A DNA stretch of 64,000 nucleotides from Parcubacteria group bacterium (lineage in GTDB: Bacteria; Patescibacteriota; Minisyncoccia; UBA10092), in the NCBI GenBank assembly GCA_016186325.1, contig JACPLW010000001.1, forward strand, positions 187 through 64,186. Direction: 5' to 3'. A program made the translations under genes and the position numbers. This document shows, piece by piece, positions 47,500-57,335 of the stretch (the stretch's first letter is position 1; every line of letters begins with the position of its first letter). The notes below the pieces were generated by a model that had not been told where the DNA came from, searched no databases, and was given only the letters and a program-made list of their open reading frames with translations.

Positions 47500-48140
47500 C
47501 AGTACTTTACTACACATCAAATAGAGAGGATGAATTTTTTGAGAATAAGGTTGTAGAAACAATAATACAGAACAAGGGAGGTTTGCCTGTGGTTTCTGTT
47601 TCTCAAAAACACATGAATTTTGGATATAATATCTGCGTGGGAACACAAGATAACTGCTACCATAATGAATTTCGCCAGATACAGTTAGGGTTGCTGGCCG
47701 TGAAGACGCCATATGTGATTATCGCCGAAGCAGATACGCTTTACCCGCCGGATTACTTTGCGTTCAGACCGCCAGAAAGAGGGCATGCTTATATGTATGA
47801 CAATGTATGGGTTCACTACACTCGATTCAACGGTAAACCTAAATTTTGGTTCAAAAAAAACAGTGATTGCGCTCAAGTAATCGACAGGAGTATGTGGTTG
47901 GAAAAGATCAATAAGGTCTTAGATTCGACCCCCAAATGGACATCAAAAGAAAATAAAGAATCTTATCGGATACAATATCGGGCAAATGGAGCGTGTATGT
48001 GGAACGGTAATCCGGTGGTCACATTCAAAACCCTCAATGGAGTTAAATCAAACACGGCTACCAAGAGGGGGGTTCCTCCACGATATAGCTTGCCATATTG
48101 GGGAAGCGCTATAGAACTTAGAAAACAAATGTTTACATGA
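47490..48140 (+). CDS. Putative GT-A-like protein (YYTSNRE family)
   Basis: LYYTSNRE, VSVSQK, RQI..GL, AEADTLYP; paralog of 52085 and of the C-terminus of 54102. Confidence 0.65.
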   Translation: MELTVLYYTSNREDEFFENKVVETIIQNKGGLPVVSVSQKHMNFGYNICVGTQDNCYHNEFRQIQLGLLAVKTPYVIIAEADTLYPPDYFAFRPPERGHAYMYDNVWVHYTRFNGKPKFWFKKNSDCAQVIDRSMWLEKINKVLDSTPKWTSKENKESYRIQYRANGACMWNGNPVVTFKTLNGVKSNTATKRGVPPRYSLPYWGSAIELRKQMFT

Positions 48141-48823
48141 AAAACTTAATGATTTACATAAATCCGTTAAAAGAATTTACCGAAGATTATATACGCCTGG
48201 TTAAGGTGCAGATAGATAATTCTATACGAACATGGGATAGAAAAGATATCTTATTGGTAACTAATTTCCCTTATTCCTACGGGGGGATTAATTCAATAGT
48301 GGTGCCCGATGACTTATTTTGTAACCATCGCAAAAGAGCCAGTAAGATAAATGTAATTTGCCACATGATGGATAACTACATGGTAGACGACATGTGCTGG
48401 TTTCATGATTTTGACGCGTATCAAGTTGATATATTTCCGGAAGATATATTAGGAAACAAAGACGCGGCCTTTACCGATTATGGGTTTAATACAATGTGGA
48501 ATACCGGAAGCTTCTTTTTTACCCAGAAAGCAAGGGATATTTTTGAACTTATCCGTCAGACTATGAACGCGAGGGTTGTAAATGAAGAAATAGCCTTAAG
48601 ATGGCTGACTTCTAGAAATATAAACAATATTAACGAACGGTATATAAAACTTAATAATACTTATAACTTGGGGCGAATGAGACACAATGAACTTACTTTT
48701 AAAAAAGCGGATAAACCCATTAAGGTATTCCATTTCCACCCCCGGATGACCCAGCTTTATGAAGAAGTTAAACCGCTTCTCCCAGATCATTTAATCGGAA
48801 TATTTGAAAAACATGGTTACTAA
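48137..48823 (+). CDS. Putative glycosyltransferase (DxD; GT8/GT34-like)
   Basis: SKI, WFHDFDAY, WNTGSFFF, NEE, YN, FHFHP. Confidence 0.65.
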   Translation: MKNLMIYINPLKEFTEDYIRLVKVQIDNSIRTWDRKDILLVTNFPYSYGGINSIVVPDDLFCNHRKRASKINVICHMMDNYMVDDMCWFHDFDAYQVDIFPEDILGNKDAAFTDYGFNTMWNTGSFFFTQKARDIFELIRQTMNARVVNEEIALRWLTSRNINNINERYIKLNNTYNLGRMRHNELTFKKADKPIKVFHFHPRMTQLYEEVKPLLPDHLIGIFEKHGY

Positions 48824-48838
48824 AATTCATACTTCACA

Positions 48839-49492
48839 ATGGTAACGCTTCTTATAATGACAAATGGCCGCCGGGAATATCTAGAACGAACTTTGTCCAC
48901 ACTGGGGAAACTTCACGGTAATTTTTCGAGAATTCTGATTCATGACGATTCGGGAGATGAAGATTATCGTGATTGGCTTAAACAATTCGGCTACGAGCTT
49001 GCCACAACCCAGCGAGTCGGATTCACAAAGGCCATAGTTTCCGCATGGCAAAAACTCAAAGAAGATTCCAATGACTGGGTCTTCCACCTGGAAGACGACT
49101 TTATTTTTATGGAGGATATATATATTGACAACATGATTAATGTCATTAAAAATAACGACTATATCAAACAAATCGTGCTTCTCAGACAGCCGATCGGCAA
49201 CCGGGAGCGAAGAAAAGGAGGGATAATAGCTTCGCACCCTGAACGATATGAAGATAAAACTGACGGTACTAATTATTGGATAGAACATCGAGTTAATTAT
49301 TCTACCAATCCTTCTGTTTATAATAAATCTCTTATTTACGAACATCCTTGGCCAGATATGCCATATTCAGAACGTAAATACGGGCGAATGCTATTTAAGG
49401 ATCCAAATGCAAAATGCGCTTATTGGGGCAAAAGCACCGATAAGCCAAGAGTGATACATATAGGAGATGTTAGAAACGGATTTGGTTATTAA
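48839..49492 (+). CDS. GT2-like glycosyltransferase
   Basis: YLERTL, IHDDSG, FHLEDDF, TNPSVY, HIG. Confidence 0.8.
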   Translation: MVTLLIMTNGRREYLERTLSTLGKLHGNFSRILIHDDSGDEDYRDWLKQFGYELATTQRVGFTKAIVSAWQKLKEDSNDWVFHLEDDFIFMEDIYIDNMINVIKNNDYIKQIVLLRQPIGNRERRKGGIIASHPERYEDKTDGTNYWIEHRVNYSTNPSVYNKSLIYEHPWPDMPYSERKYGRMLFKDPNAKCAYWGKSTDKPRVIHIGDVRNGFGY

Positions 49493-49495
49493 ATT

Positions 49496-50029
49496 ATGAA
49501 GTTTGATAAATACCGGAAAAAAGGGGCCTATCATTGGAAAATGTACGATGAGGACAGATATTACCGCGAGCATGCGCATAGGATAAAGGAGTGGGTAAAA
49601 GAAAAAAATATTCTCGATATCGGCGCCGGGGATGGGAGAATAACTCACCTTCTGGGTATAATAGGAGTAGACGATGAACCGGAGGCGGTAAGGTTAGCAA
49701 TAGAAAAGGGGGCAAATGTGGTGCTTGGCGACGCCTATAATCTGACTTATAAAGATGAAGAGTTTGACTCCGTGCTTTTGGTAGATACGCTGGAACATTT
49801 CGAATTTCCGGAAAAGGCGCTCAAGGAAGCAAGGAGGGTTCTCAAATATTATATCTACATCGCCACGCCGCCGAGAGGCATGCTGGGAAGAATGGATAAA
49901 TATCATTATCAGGAATGGACGGAAGAAGAGCTCGTAAAGTTTGTCGAAGGGCAAGGGTTTACTCTGGAAGGCCGGACGCTTCTTGTTTTGAAAGAGCAGT
50001 GCATCTATGCTAAGTTTAAAAAATTATAA
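49496..50029 (+). CDS. Class I SAM-dependent methyltransferase
   Basis: ILDIGAGDG, FDSV..LEH, EARRVL. Confidence 0.9.
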   Translation: MKFDKYRKKGAYHWKMYDEDRYYREHAHRIKEWVKEKNILDIGAGDGRITHLLGIIGVDDEPEAVRLAIEKGANVVLGDAYNLTYKDEEFDSVLLVDTLEHFEFPEKALKEARRVLKYYIYIATPPRGMLGRMDKYHYQEWTEEELVKFVEGQGFTLEGRTLLVLKEQCIYAKFKKL

Positions 50030-50032
50030 CTT

Positions 50033-50929
50033 ATGTTATCTGTAATAATTCCATCAAGAAGCGATGCTTATCTGCAAAAAACTGTAGATGATGTTTTAAA
50101 TAAGGCGAAAGGGGAGGTAGAAGTAGTTGTTGTGCTGGATGGTTATTGGCCCGGTACGATGGTAAGAGATGATAAGCGGGTTATAGTAATACACCACGGA
50201 GAACTACGTTCAAATTTCGGACTTCGAACGAGTGTAAATAGAGGCGTATTGGTTTCCAGAGGAAAATATATAATGAAAATAGACGACCATGTCGCTCTTG
50301 ATGAAGGATTTGATGTAAAGTTGGCCGCTGATTGTAAAGATGATTGGGTTGTTGTTCCAAGATTGTATGCATTAAAAGATGAAGGCTGGACCAAAGATAA
50401 CGCCGGCAGAGCGCCGTTTGACGCGGGATACGTGACATATCCTCTCAAAGATGGCACACTCTCCGGCAAGCCGTGGTCGGGGTGGCTTGAGAGCAGGAAA
50501 GAGATATTGATAGATGATTGCATGCTTTCGGCCGGAGCGTGCTATTTTATGAAACGGGAGCATTGGAATAAACTTGGCCTGCTTGATGAAAAGAATTATG
50601 GCGCCTTTCCATCTTTTGAGAACTTGGAGGTATGCCTCAAGACATGGCTAGGCGGCGGCAGAGTGGTAACAAATAAAAAAACCTGGTGCGCGCATAGATG
50701 GGGAGAAAGGGGACCCAAACATAAAGGTTGGGATTATTCAAATGAACAAGTCAGAAAAATACACGAGAATAGACGTGCGGCAATAAATTATACGAACGAT
50801 TTTTGGTTAAACAACAAATGGCCGGACAGAATCTACGATTTTGACTGGCTTATAGATAAATTCTGGCCGGTTCCCGACTGGCCCGAGAATTGGAAAGAAG
50901 AAATAAGAAAATGGTCACAGCAGCCATAA
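50033..50929 (+). CDS. GT-A glycosyltransferase, ppGalNAc-T-like paralog
   Basis: IPSR, IDDH, SAGACYFM, ENLEVCLKTWLGGG, CAH, KFWPVPDW. Confidence 0.85.
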   Translation: MLSVIIPSRSDAYLQKTVDDVLNKAKGEVEVVVVLDGYWPGTMVRDDKRVIVIHHGELRSNFGLRTSVNRGVLVSRGKYIMKIDDHVALDEGFDVKLAADCKDDWVVVPRLYALKDEGWTKDNAGRAPFDAGYVTYPLKDGTLSGKPWSGWLESRKEILIDDCMLSAGACYFMKREHWNKLGLLDEKNYGAFPSFENLEVCLKTWLGGGRVVTNKKTWCAHRWGERGPKHKGWDYSNEQVRKIHENRRAAINYTNDFWLNNKWPDRIYDFDWLIDKFWPVPDWPENWKEEIRKWSQQP

Positions 50930-50938
50930 TTACAATAT

Positions 50939-51430
50939 ATGGGTAAAAATATAATTGAATGGGGGACTCACTTGCCGCTCTTGGTGAGAATGTTTGATAA
51001 AACCGAAGGCGATGTTTTGGAGATGGGAATGGGGCATTTTTCCACTCCGGTATTAAAATGGCTTTGCGAGATGAGCGGAAGAACTTTGTATTCCTATGAA
51101 AGCAAAATGGATTGGTATGAAAAAGCTGCTAGCGAAAGCAAGCCTTTTCATAAAGTGATTTTTTGCCAAGATTGGGCAAGCGCGGATATAGAACGGCATT
51201 GGGGGCTGGCTTTTATAGACCATAGTCCGATGAGGGAAAGATATATTGACATAAAAAGGCTGGCCAATTATGCCGACATTATTGTCATACATGATACGCA
51301 ACCGCAAAGCGACTGGGTTTATCGCTACAGCAAAATTTTCCCTTTATTCAAATACCGTCTGGATTTTTCTAAATATATTCCCTGGACAAGCGCGGTCAGT
51401 AATTTTATAGATGTTTCAAAACTTGGTTAA
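50939..51430 (+). CDS. Putative methyltransferase-fold protein
   Basis: THLPLL, VLEMGMGHFST, AFIDH, IHDT. Confidence 0.65.
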   Translation: MGKNIIEWGTHLPLLVRMFDKTEGDVLEMGMGHFSTPVLKWLCEMSGRTLYSYESKMDWYEKAASESKPFHKVIFCQDWASADIERHWGLAFIDHSPMRERYIDIKRLANYADIIVIHDTQPQSDWVYRYSKIFPLFKYRLDFSKYIPWTSAVSNFIDVSKLG

Positions 51431-51449
51431 AAAAATTCTCGATATAAAT

Positions 51450-52088
51450 ATGAAAAAAGTCTGTCTTGACCTCCACGATTTTAGTGTTGTGAATAATCGG
51501 CTAGACCTTTTGTTGAAACTTAAGGAGCATTTTCCCGGCTTTAAAATTTCTCTTTTTACCGTCGCTTCGGATATAAGCGCGGATTGGGGGCCGTTTTGTA
51601 TTCGGAAAGATATGCTCAAAGAAATCAAAAAACATCTTGATTGGATACAGATAATTCCGCACGGTTTAACCCATAATAAAGATCTGGAATTCTGCGATTA
51701 CGATATTTTCAAGTATGAAATTATGCCGGCCGTTACAGCTGCTTTTGAAAAGGACGGTCTGCCTTTTCAAAAAGGTTTCTGCGCGCCCCATTGGAGGTGG
51801 AGCGAGGGCGTGGTGAGGGCGCTGGATGAAGAAGGATGGTGGGGAGCGGTGGACAGAAACCAGCCCCAAATGCTTTCTACCAAAAAGTTTTATAAATGGT
51901 CGCATAGTTTGCATGAGCCTTACCATGATTTTAATACTGAAGTTTTAAAACTTCACGGCCATGTTTATGGACTCAAAAATGATTTAGGCAAATGCCTTCC
52001 CGCTTTATTAAAACTGCCCCAATCGGTTGAGTGGCATTTTGTGACTGATTTTTTGGAAGACTTAAATGGGGGACAATTACACGCATGA
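51450..52088 (+). CDS. Polysaccharide deacetylase-like (NodB/DUF2334) protein
   Basis: LDLHDF, PHGLTH, FCAPHW, LHGH. Confidence 0.7.
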   Translation: MKKVCLDLHDFSVVNNRLDLLLKLKEHFPGFKISLFTVASDISADWGPFCIRKDMLKEIKKHLDWIQIIPHGLTHNKDLEFCDYDIFKYEIMPAVTAAFEKDGLPFQKGFCAPHWRWSEGVVRALDEEGWWGAVDRNQPQMLSTKKFYKWSHSLHEPYHDFNTEVLKLHGHVYGLKNDLGKCLPALLKLPQSVEWHFVTDFLEDLNGGQLHA

Positions 52089-52735
52089 AACCAGCGATAA
52101 TATATTACACATCAAACAGGGAAAAAGAAGAGTTTGAAAACAAAATCAGGCAGAATATCCTGAATGTTTGTGGCGGAATACCTATTATTTCCGTATCCCA
52201 AAGGCCAATAGATTTCGGAAAAAATATATGTGTCGGCGAAGTCGGCATTAATGACGATAATTTATTCAGGCAAGTCCAAATTGCTTGTCAGAACACGGAT
52301 GCCGATTACATAATATCTACGGAGTCGGATGTCATTTATCCCAAGGATTACTTCAAATTTATTCCCTCGCGCCTGGATCAAGTTTACAGAAGCGACAACA
52401 TATGGATTTTATACAAAACAAGGCCGGGGTATCATAAAAAAGAATATTCTGAAGGGGGCCAGATAATCGGTAGGGAATTTTATCTATCTATACTTGAAGA
52501 GGCGCTTCAAAATTTGCCCATGTGGAATCATTCCACCTTGTATGTTAACGGAGGTTCCAATAAAATAAGAAATCCTTTCGTAAAATTTAGATGGGAATAT
52601 TTTCATACCGACCCTATCATAAGCGTAAAAACCGGCGATGGGTTAAGGCATTTCGGAGGAATGTCGCATGGGCGCGAAGAAGACCTGCCTATTTGGGGAA
52701 ATCATGAAAAATTAAAAAAAGAATTCTTTATTTAA
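52085..52735 (+). CDS. Putative GT-A-like protein (YYTSNRE family)
   Basis: IYYTSNRE, ISVSQRP, TESDVIYP; paralog of 47490. Confidence 0.65.
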   Translation: MKPAIIYYTSNREKEEFENKIRQNILNVCGGIPIISVSQRPIDFGKNICVGEVGINDDNLFRQVQIACQNTDADYIISTESDVIYPKDYFKFIPSRLDQVYRSDNIWILYKTRPGYHKKEYSEGGQIIGREFYLSILEEALQNLPMWNHSTLYVNGGSNKIRNPFVKFRWEYFHTDPIISVKTGDGLRHFGGMSHGREEDLPIWGNHEKLKKEFFI

Positions 52736-53341
52736 ATGGATACGCTAAATTTTATTTGCAATCGATATAAAATTGATTTAAACGAAACTTCGTCTCCAAT
52801 TAAAATACCCGTGAGCCGGTGGCATGACATGGGTTGTTTATTCAACGATCTAGGATTTAGAAAAGGAGTTGAATTGGGGGTATATAGAGGGAACTTCACG
52901 AGTAGGATAGCTAAGAAAGCTCCCAATTTGGAGTTGATAGGCGTTGACGCTTGGACTGCTTACCCCGGTTACAATGATTATGACGCAAAGGACTTAGAAA
53001 ATGAGGCCTATGTTGAAGCGATGGCAAGGACCAAAGGATATAAAAATGTAAAATTTATCAAAGGCTGGTCTCTCGATGTCGTTAAGCGGTTTGAGAACGA
53101 GTCGCTGGATTTTGTCTTTATTGACGCAAACCATAATTACGAATATGTGGTTGCCGATATCGCGTCTTGGAGCAAGAAAGTCCGCAAAGGAGGCCTGGTG
53201 TTGGGACATGATTATTTTAAAAATCGCAAGTATAATTTTGGAGTCGTAGAAGCCGTAAATGGCTGGTGTTCCGCTTATGACATAAAACCATTATTTACGT
53301 GGGCGGATAAATGTCCATCGTGGATGTATGTAAAAAGATAA
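52736..53341 (+). CDS. Class I SAM methyltransferase (Methyltransf_24-like)
   Basis: GVELGVYRG, GVDAW, DFVFIDANHNY, GG..GHDY. Confidence 0.88.
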   Translation: MDTLNFICNRYKIDLNETSSPIKIPVSRWHDMGCLFNDLGFRKGVELGVYRGNFTSRIAKKAPNLELIGVDAWTAYPGYNDYDAKDLENEAYVEAMARTKGYKNVKFIKGWSLDVVKRFENESLDFVFIDANHNYEYVVADIASWSKKVRKGGLVLGHDYFKNRKYNFGVVEAVNGWCSAYDIKPLFTWADKCPSWMYVKR

Positions 53342-53342
53342 T

Positions 53343-54089
53343 ATGAATCCGACTAAAATATCCATTATTATAGCGATTTATAATAGCCATGGAGCTGTGG
53401 CCAGGCAAGTGAAGCATTTCAAGGCGATGAATTTGCCGGATGATATTGAGTTTATTTTTATGGACGATGGCAGCAACCCGCCGCATAAAATTGAGGATTA
53501 CGAACTTTCGAACCTGCGCATTCATTACACTAACGATAAGCGTCCTTGGACCCAAGGTCTGGCCCGCAATGCCGGCGCCAAATTAGCGAAGGGAGAGTAT
53601 CTTTTTTTTACAGATATTGACCACATAATTTCAAAAGAAGCTATTGAAGCGGTTTATGAATTTACGGGCGATAAAATGGTTTTTCCGCGCCACTTCGGAG
53701 TTTTACTGGAAGACGGCGTTCTTTCCCAAGAGCCATCAGTTTTAGAAGAGTATGGCATGGATATGGGAAGGCTGAAAACTGAAAGGGGCTTATACGCCAG
53801 CGTTCACGGGAATACTTATGCTATAAAAAAGACGACATTCGAAAGGATTGGGGGCTATTCGGCCAGATACTGCACTTACGGCCACCACGCTCCTTCAAGA
53901 GGAGGAGAAGACGGTCATTTTAATCATTTGTGGAATCGTTATGCCAAAGCTAACGGTATACAATCAATTTGGGGCCCCAAGATATATATTTTCCCAATCG
54001 GCCAATATCATGTGCGAGGTGATTTAAATCCCAAAGGTTTATTTCATAATTTAAGCCATGATCAGGCCCCGCAGCCTCTAAAAGAATGA
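53343..54089 (+). CDS. GT2 glycosyltransferase
   Basis: SIIIAIYN, DDGS, ARNAGA, FTDIDH, IGGY, GED. Confidence 0.9.
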   Translation: MNPTKISIIIAIYNSHGAVARQVKHFKAMNLPDDIEFIFMDDGSNPPHKIEDYELSNLRIHYTNDKRPWTQGLARNAGAKLAKGEYLFFTDIDHIISKEAIEAVYEFTGDKMVFPRHFGVLLEDGVLSQEPSVLEEYGMDMGRLKTERGLYASVHGNTYAIKKTTFERIGGYSARYCTYGHHAPSRGGEDGHFNHLWNRYAKANGIQSIWGPKIYIFPIGQYHVRGDLNPKGLFHNLSHDQAPQPLKE

Positions 54090-54101
54090 AAATCGTAATT
54101 T

Positions 54102-55769
54102 ATGAAATACAACCTAAGCATTCTTATCCCCGCTCGCAACGAAGAATTCCTCAAAAAAACAATTGAGGATATTTTGAGCAACATTGAAGGAAATACGGAA
54201 ATTATCGCCGTCTTAGACGGCTATGAGACAGAACTGCCGGACGATCCAAGATTGAAAGTAATATGCAATCCGGAAAGCAAGGGCCAACGGGCCGCTACCA
54301 ACCAGGCCTGCCGGCTTTCGGAAGCAAAATATATAATGAAATGCGACGCTCATTGCGCTTTTGACAAAGGATTTGACGTCAAGATGACAGCCGAAATGAA
54401 AGATAACTGGACGATGATTCCGGTTATGAGGAATCTCCATGCTTTTAATTGGGTTTGTCCGGACGGGCATAGCAGATACCAAAGTCCTTCCGGCCCGTGC
54501 AAAGAGTGCGGCAAGCCCACAATCAAGGATGTGGTCTGGATAGCGAAAACAAACCCGCAAAGCACCGCTTATTGTTTTGATCAGGAACCGCATTTCCAAT
54601 ATTTCAGAGGATTCAAAAAGCGTCCCGAATATAAAAAAGATTTAGAAATAAATTTAACGGAAACAATGTCTATTCAGGGCTCTTGTTTCATGCTTACTCG
54701 CGACAAATACTGGGAACTAAATATTTGTGACGAATCTTTCGGCTCATGGGGTTCGCAGGGGATTGAAGTGGCATGTAAAACATGGCTTTCAGGAGGCAGG
54801 GTAGTGGTTAATCACAAAACATGGTATGCCCACATGTTCAGGACGCAGGGCGGCGATTTTGGTTTTCCTTATGAGAACCCGGGCAGTAAAGTCCAGCAGG
54901 CGAAGAAAACGGTAAGAGAAATATTTTTTGATAATAAATGGGACAAGCAAATCCGCCCGTTGTCATGGCTTATAGAAAAATTTTGGCCGGTGCCGGGCTG
55001 GACGGAAGAGATGAGAGCAAAAATCAAGGCCTGGCCGCTTCAGAATCAAAATCGTGGAATCAATGTTTCCACGATTTCGCCGGTCGCGCCGACTAAGGGC
55101 ATATTGTATTATTCGGACAACCGGCTAAATATCAAATTTGCCAAAACTATCAAGAAACAGATCGCAAAATCGGGGCTCAATATCACGTCAGTTACATTGA
55201 AGCCTACTAACTTCGGCACCAATTTTGTAGTAAGCGGGGAAAAGGGATATAAAACAATGTATAAGCAGATTCTCAAAGGTTTGGAAGAGATAAAGGAAGA
55301 CATCGTTTTTCTATGCGAGCATGATGTTCTGTACCACCCGAATCATTTCCTCTTTACCCCAACCGACAAAAACACTTTTTACTATAACGGCAACTATTGG
55401 TTTTTAAGACAGAAAGATGGCTTCGCGGTTCATTATAATGCCTCGCCTTTATCGGGGCTGGTGGTTTATCGGGAGGCGGCCATAAAACATTTCAGGGAGC
55501 GGGTAGAAATGATAGAAAAACTTGGCAACGATTATAGGCCTCGCCACATGGGTTTTGAGCCGTTTACGCACGGCAGGATTAGATGGAATTTTTGGTGTAA
55601 TTTTGAAAACTTTATGCCGGCGTTTCCTAATATAGATGTTTCTCACGGAGAAAATTCCACTTGGAAGCGCTGGAATCAAAAAGATTTCAGGCGCAAGCCG
55701 ACATTCTGGGAGGAGGGAAATATAGATACTATCCCCGGTTGGGATAATGTCAGAAAGTTGTTGGGGTAA
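54102..55769 (+). CDS. Fusion: ppGalNAc-T-like glycosyltransferase plus YYxxNR-family domain
   Basis: IPARNE, CDAHC, WGSQGIEVACKTWLSGG, AHMFR, KFWPVPGW; then LYYSDNR..CEHDVLY. Confidence 0.85.
   Translation: MKYNLSILIPARNEEFLKKTIEDILSNIEGNTEIIAVLDGYETELPDDPRLKVICNPESKGQRAATNQACRLSEAKYIMKCDAHCAFDKGFDVKMTAEMKDNWTMIPVMRNLHAFNWVCPDGHSRYQSPSGPCKECGKPTIKDVVWIAKTNPQSTAYCFDQEPHFQYFRGFKKRPEYKKDLEINLTETMSIQGSCFMLTRDKYWELNICDESFGSWGSQGIEVACKTWLSGGRVVVNHKTWYAHMFRTQGGDFGFPYENPGSKVQQAKKTVREIFFDNKWDKQIRPLSWLIEKFWPVPGWTEEMRAKIKAWPLQNQNRGINVSTISPVAPTKGILYYSDNRLNIKFAKTIKKQIAKSGLNITSVTLKPTNFGTNFVVSGEKGYKTMYKQILKGLEEIKEDIVFLCEHDVLYHPNHFLFTPTDKNTFYYNGNYWFLRQKDGFAVHYNASPLSGLVVYREAAIKHFRERVEMIEKLGNDYRPRHMGFEPFTHGRIRWNFWCNFENFMPAFPNIDVSHGENSTWKRWNQKDFRRKPTFWEEGNIDTIPGWDNVRKLLG
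55664..55762 (+). repeat. 99-bp direct repeat, left copy (3' end of glycosyltransferase gene)
   Basis: Matches 57148-57246; first ~48 nt identical, remainder diverged. Confidence 0.9.
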
Positions 55770-55845
55770 GTAAATACTCCTTATCCACAGCTAAAACTTG
55801 TGTTTTTTCGAAATACCGATTACAATTGAACTGGAGGTAACACCC

Positions 55846-56451
55846 ATGGTAGCTTCCAGTCCACATATGCAAAAATCAGAAATATTGAATATTTTAAGGG
55901 CGAACAACACAGTCTTCACATTCAAGGAGATTCTTTTGGCATCCGAAGGAACAAACACCTTGTTATTAAAAAGAAGGTTGAATTATTATGTCAAAAAAGG
56001 TGAATTATACTCAATCCGGAGAGGATTTTATGCCAAGGACAAAAACTACGATAAGCTTGAATTAGCGACTAAGATTTACACCCCTTCCTATATAAGTTTT
56101 GAGACGGTTTTAAGACAGGCCGGTATGATATTTCAGTATTATGAGAGAATTTTTATTGCCTCATACATTACCCGAGAAATTACTGCCGATAATCAGACCT
56201 ATGAATATAGGAGAGTAAAAGATACTATTTTGACCAATTCTGTTGGCATAGAAAAGAAAGAATATTACTCCATTGCTTCTCCCGAGCGCGCATTTCTTGA
56301 TGTGTTGTATGTTAGTAAGGATTATTATTTTGATAATTTGCGTTCTTTAAATTGGGATAAAGTGTTTGAACTGCTTCCTATTTACGCAAATAAACGAATG
56401 GAAAAAGTTGTAAATAAAATATTCAATGGCGCTCAACATCGCAATTCATAA
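55846..56451 (+). CDS. Type IV TA antitoxin, AbiEi-like
   Basis: wHTH..IRRGFY, PSYISFETVL, ASPERAFLD. Confidence 0.85.
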   Translation: MVASSPHMQKSEILNILRANNTVFTFKEILLASEGTNTLLLKRRLNYYVKKGELYSIRRGFYAKDKNYDKLELATKIYTPSYISFETVLRQAGMIFQYYERIFIASYITREITADNQTYEYRRVKDTILTNSVGIEKKEYYSIASPERAFLDVLYVSKDYYFDNLRSLNWDKVFELLPIYANKRMEKVVNKIFNGAQHRNS

Positions 56452-57142
56452 GAATATCATGATTAAGATATTGAAAGATATTTACTCCGATGCTACTATC
56501 GGTCCCATTTTAGCTTTCAAGGGTGGGACGGCGGCATATTTATTTTACGAATTAGATCGTTTTTCGGTGGACTTGGATTTTGACCTCTTGGATGCTGAAA
56601 AAGAAGATTATGTCTTTGAAAGAGTCAGAAATATTTTAGAGAAATATGGCACATTGAAAGAGGCCAGCAAGAAAAGATTTAATCTGTTTTACTTGCTCTC
56701 ATATTCTGAAAAAATTAAAGGTGGACAGAATATTAAGCTTGAAATAAATCGGAGGGATTTTAATTCTAAATATGAAGTAAGGTCGTATCTAGGTATTCCC
56801 ATGAAAATAATGGTGCGAGAAGATATGGCGGCTCACAAGATAGTCGCGATGTTTGAGAGATTTGGCACTACGAATCGCGACATCTTTGATGTTTGGTTTT
56901 TCTTGCAGAATGACTGGCCGGTCAACAAAGAGATTATAGAAAAACGAACCGGCATGTTGTTCAGGGAACTTTTAGAAAAATGTATTGAACTGCTTGAAAA
57001 GATGGACAACGGCAGCATATTATCTGGTATGGGAGAGCTTTTGACTCCAAAACAAAAAGATTGGGCCAGGGCAAAGCTTCGAACTGACACTATCTTTCTT
57101 TTAAAATTAAGATTAGAAAACGAAAAATCAATGAAATTCTAG
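56426..57142 (+). CDS. Type IV TA toxin, AbiEii-like nucleotidyltransferase
   Basis: FKGGT..RFSVDLDF..K..RDIFD. Confidence 0.9.
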   Translation: MALNIAIHKNIMIKILKDIYSDATIGPILAFKGGTAAYLFYELDRFSVDLDFDLLDAEKEDYVFERVRNILEKYGTLKEASKKRFNLFYLLSYSEKIKGGQNIKLEINRRDFNSKYEVRSYLGIPMKIMVREDMAAHKIVAMFERFGTTNRDIFDVWFFLQNDWPVNKEIIEKRTGMLFRELLEKCIELLEKMDNGSILSGMGELLTPKQKDWARAKLRTDTIFLLKLRLENEKSMKF

Positions 57143-57147
57143 TCGGA

Positions 57148-57246
57148 GAAGCGCTGGAATCAAAAAGATTTCAGGCGCAAGCCGACATTCTGGGAAGAAG
57201 GAAATATAAACACCATTCCCGGTTGGGATAATGCGAGGAAGCTGTT
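57148..57246 (+). repeat. 99-bp direct repeat, right copy (orphan glycosyltransferase 3' end)
   Basis: Encodes KRWNQKDFRRKPTFWEEGNINTIPGWDNARKLL. Confidence 0.9.
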
Positions 57247-57335
57247 ATCAAGAAGCCAATAAAATTAAAAATTAAGGACGTCCGACGTCCTTAATATTGG
57301 CCTACTTAAATTGTTTATTATTAACATGTAACATA

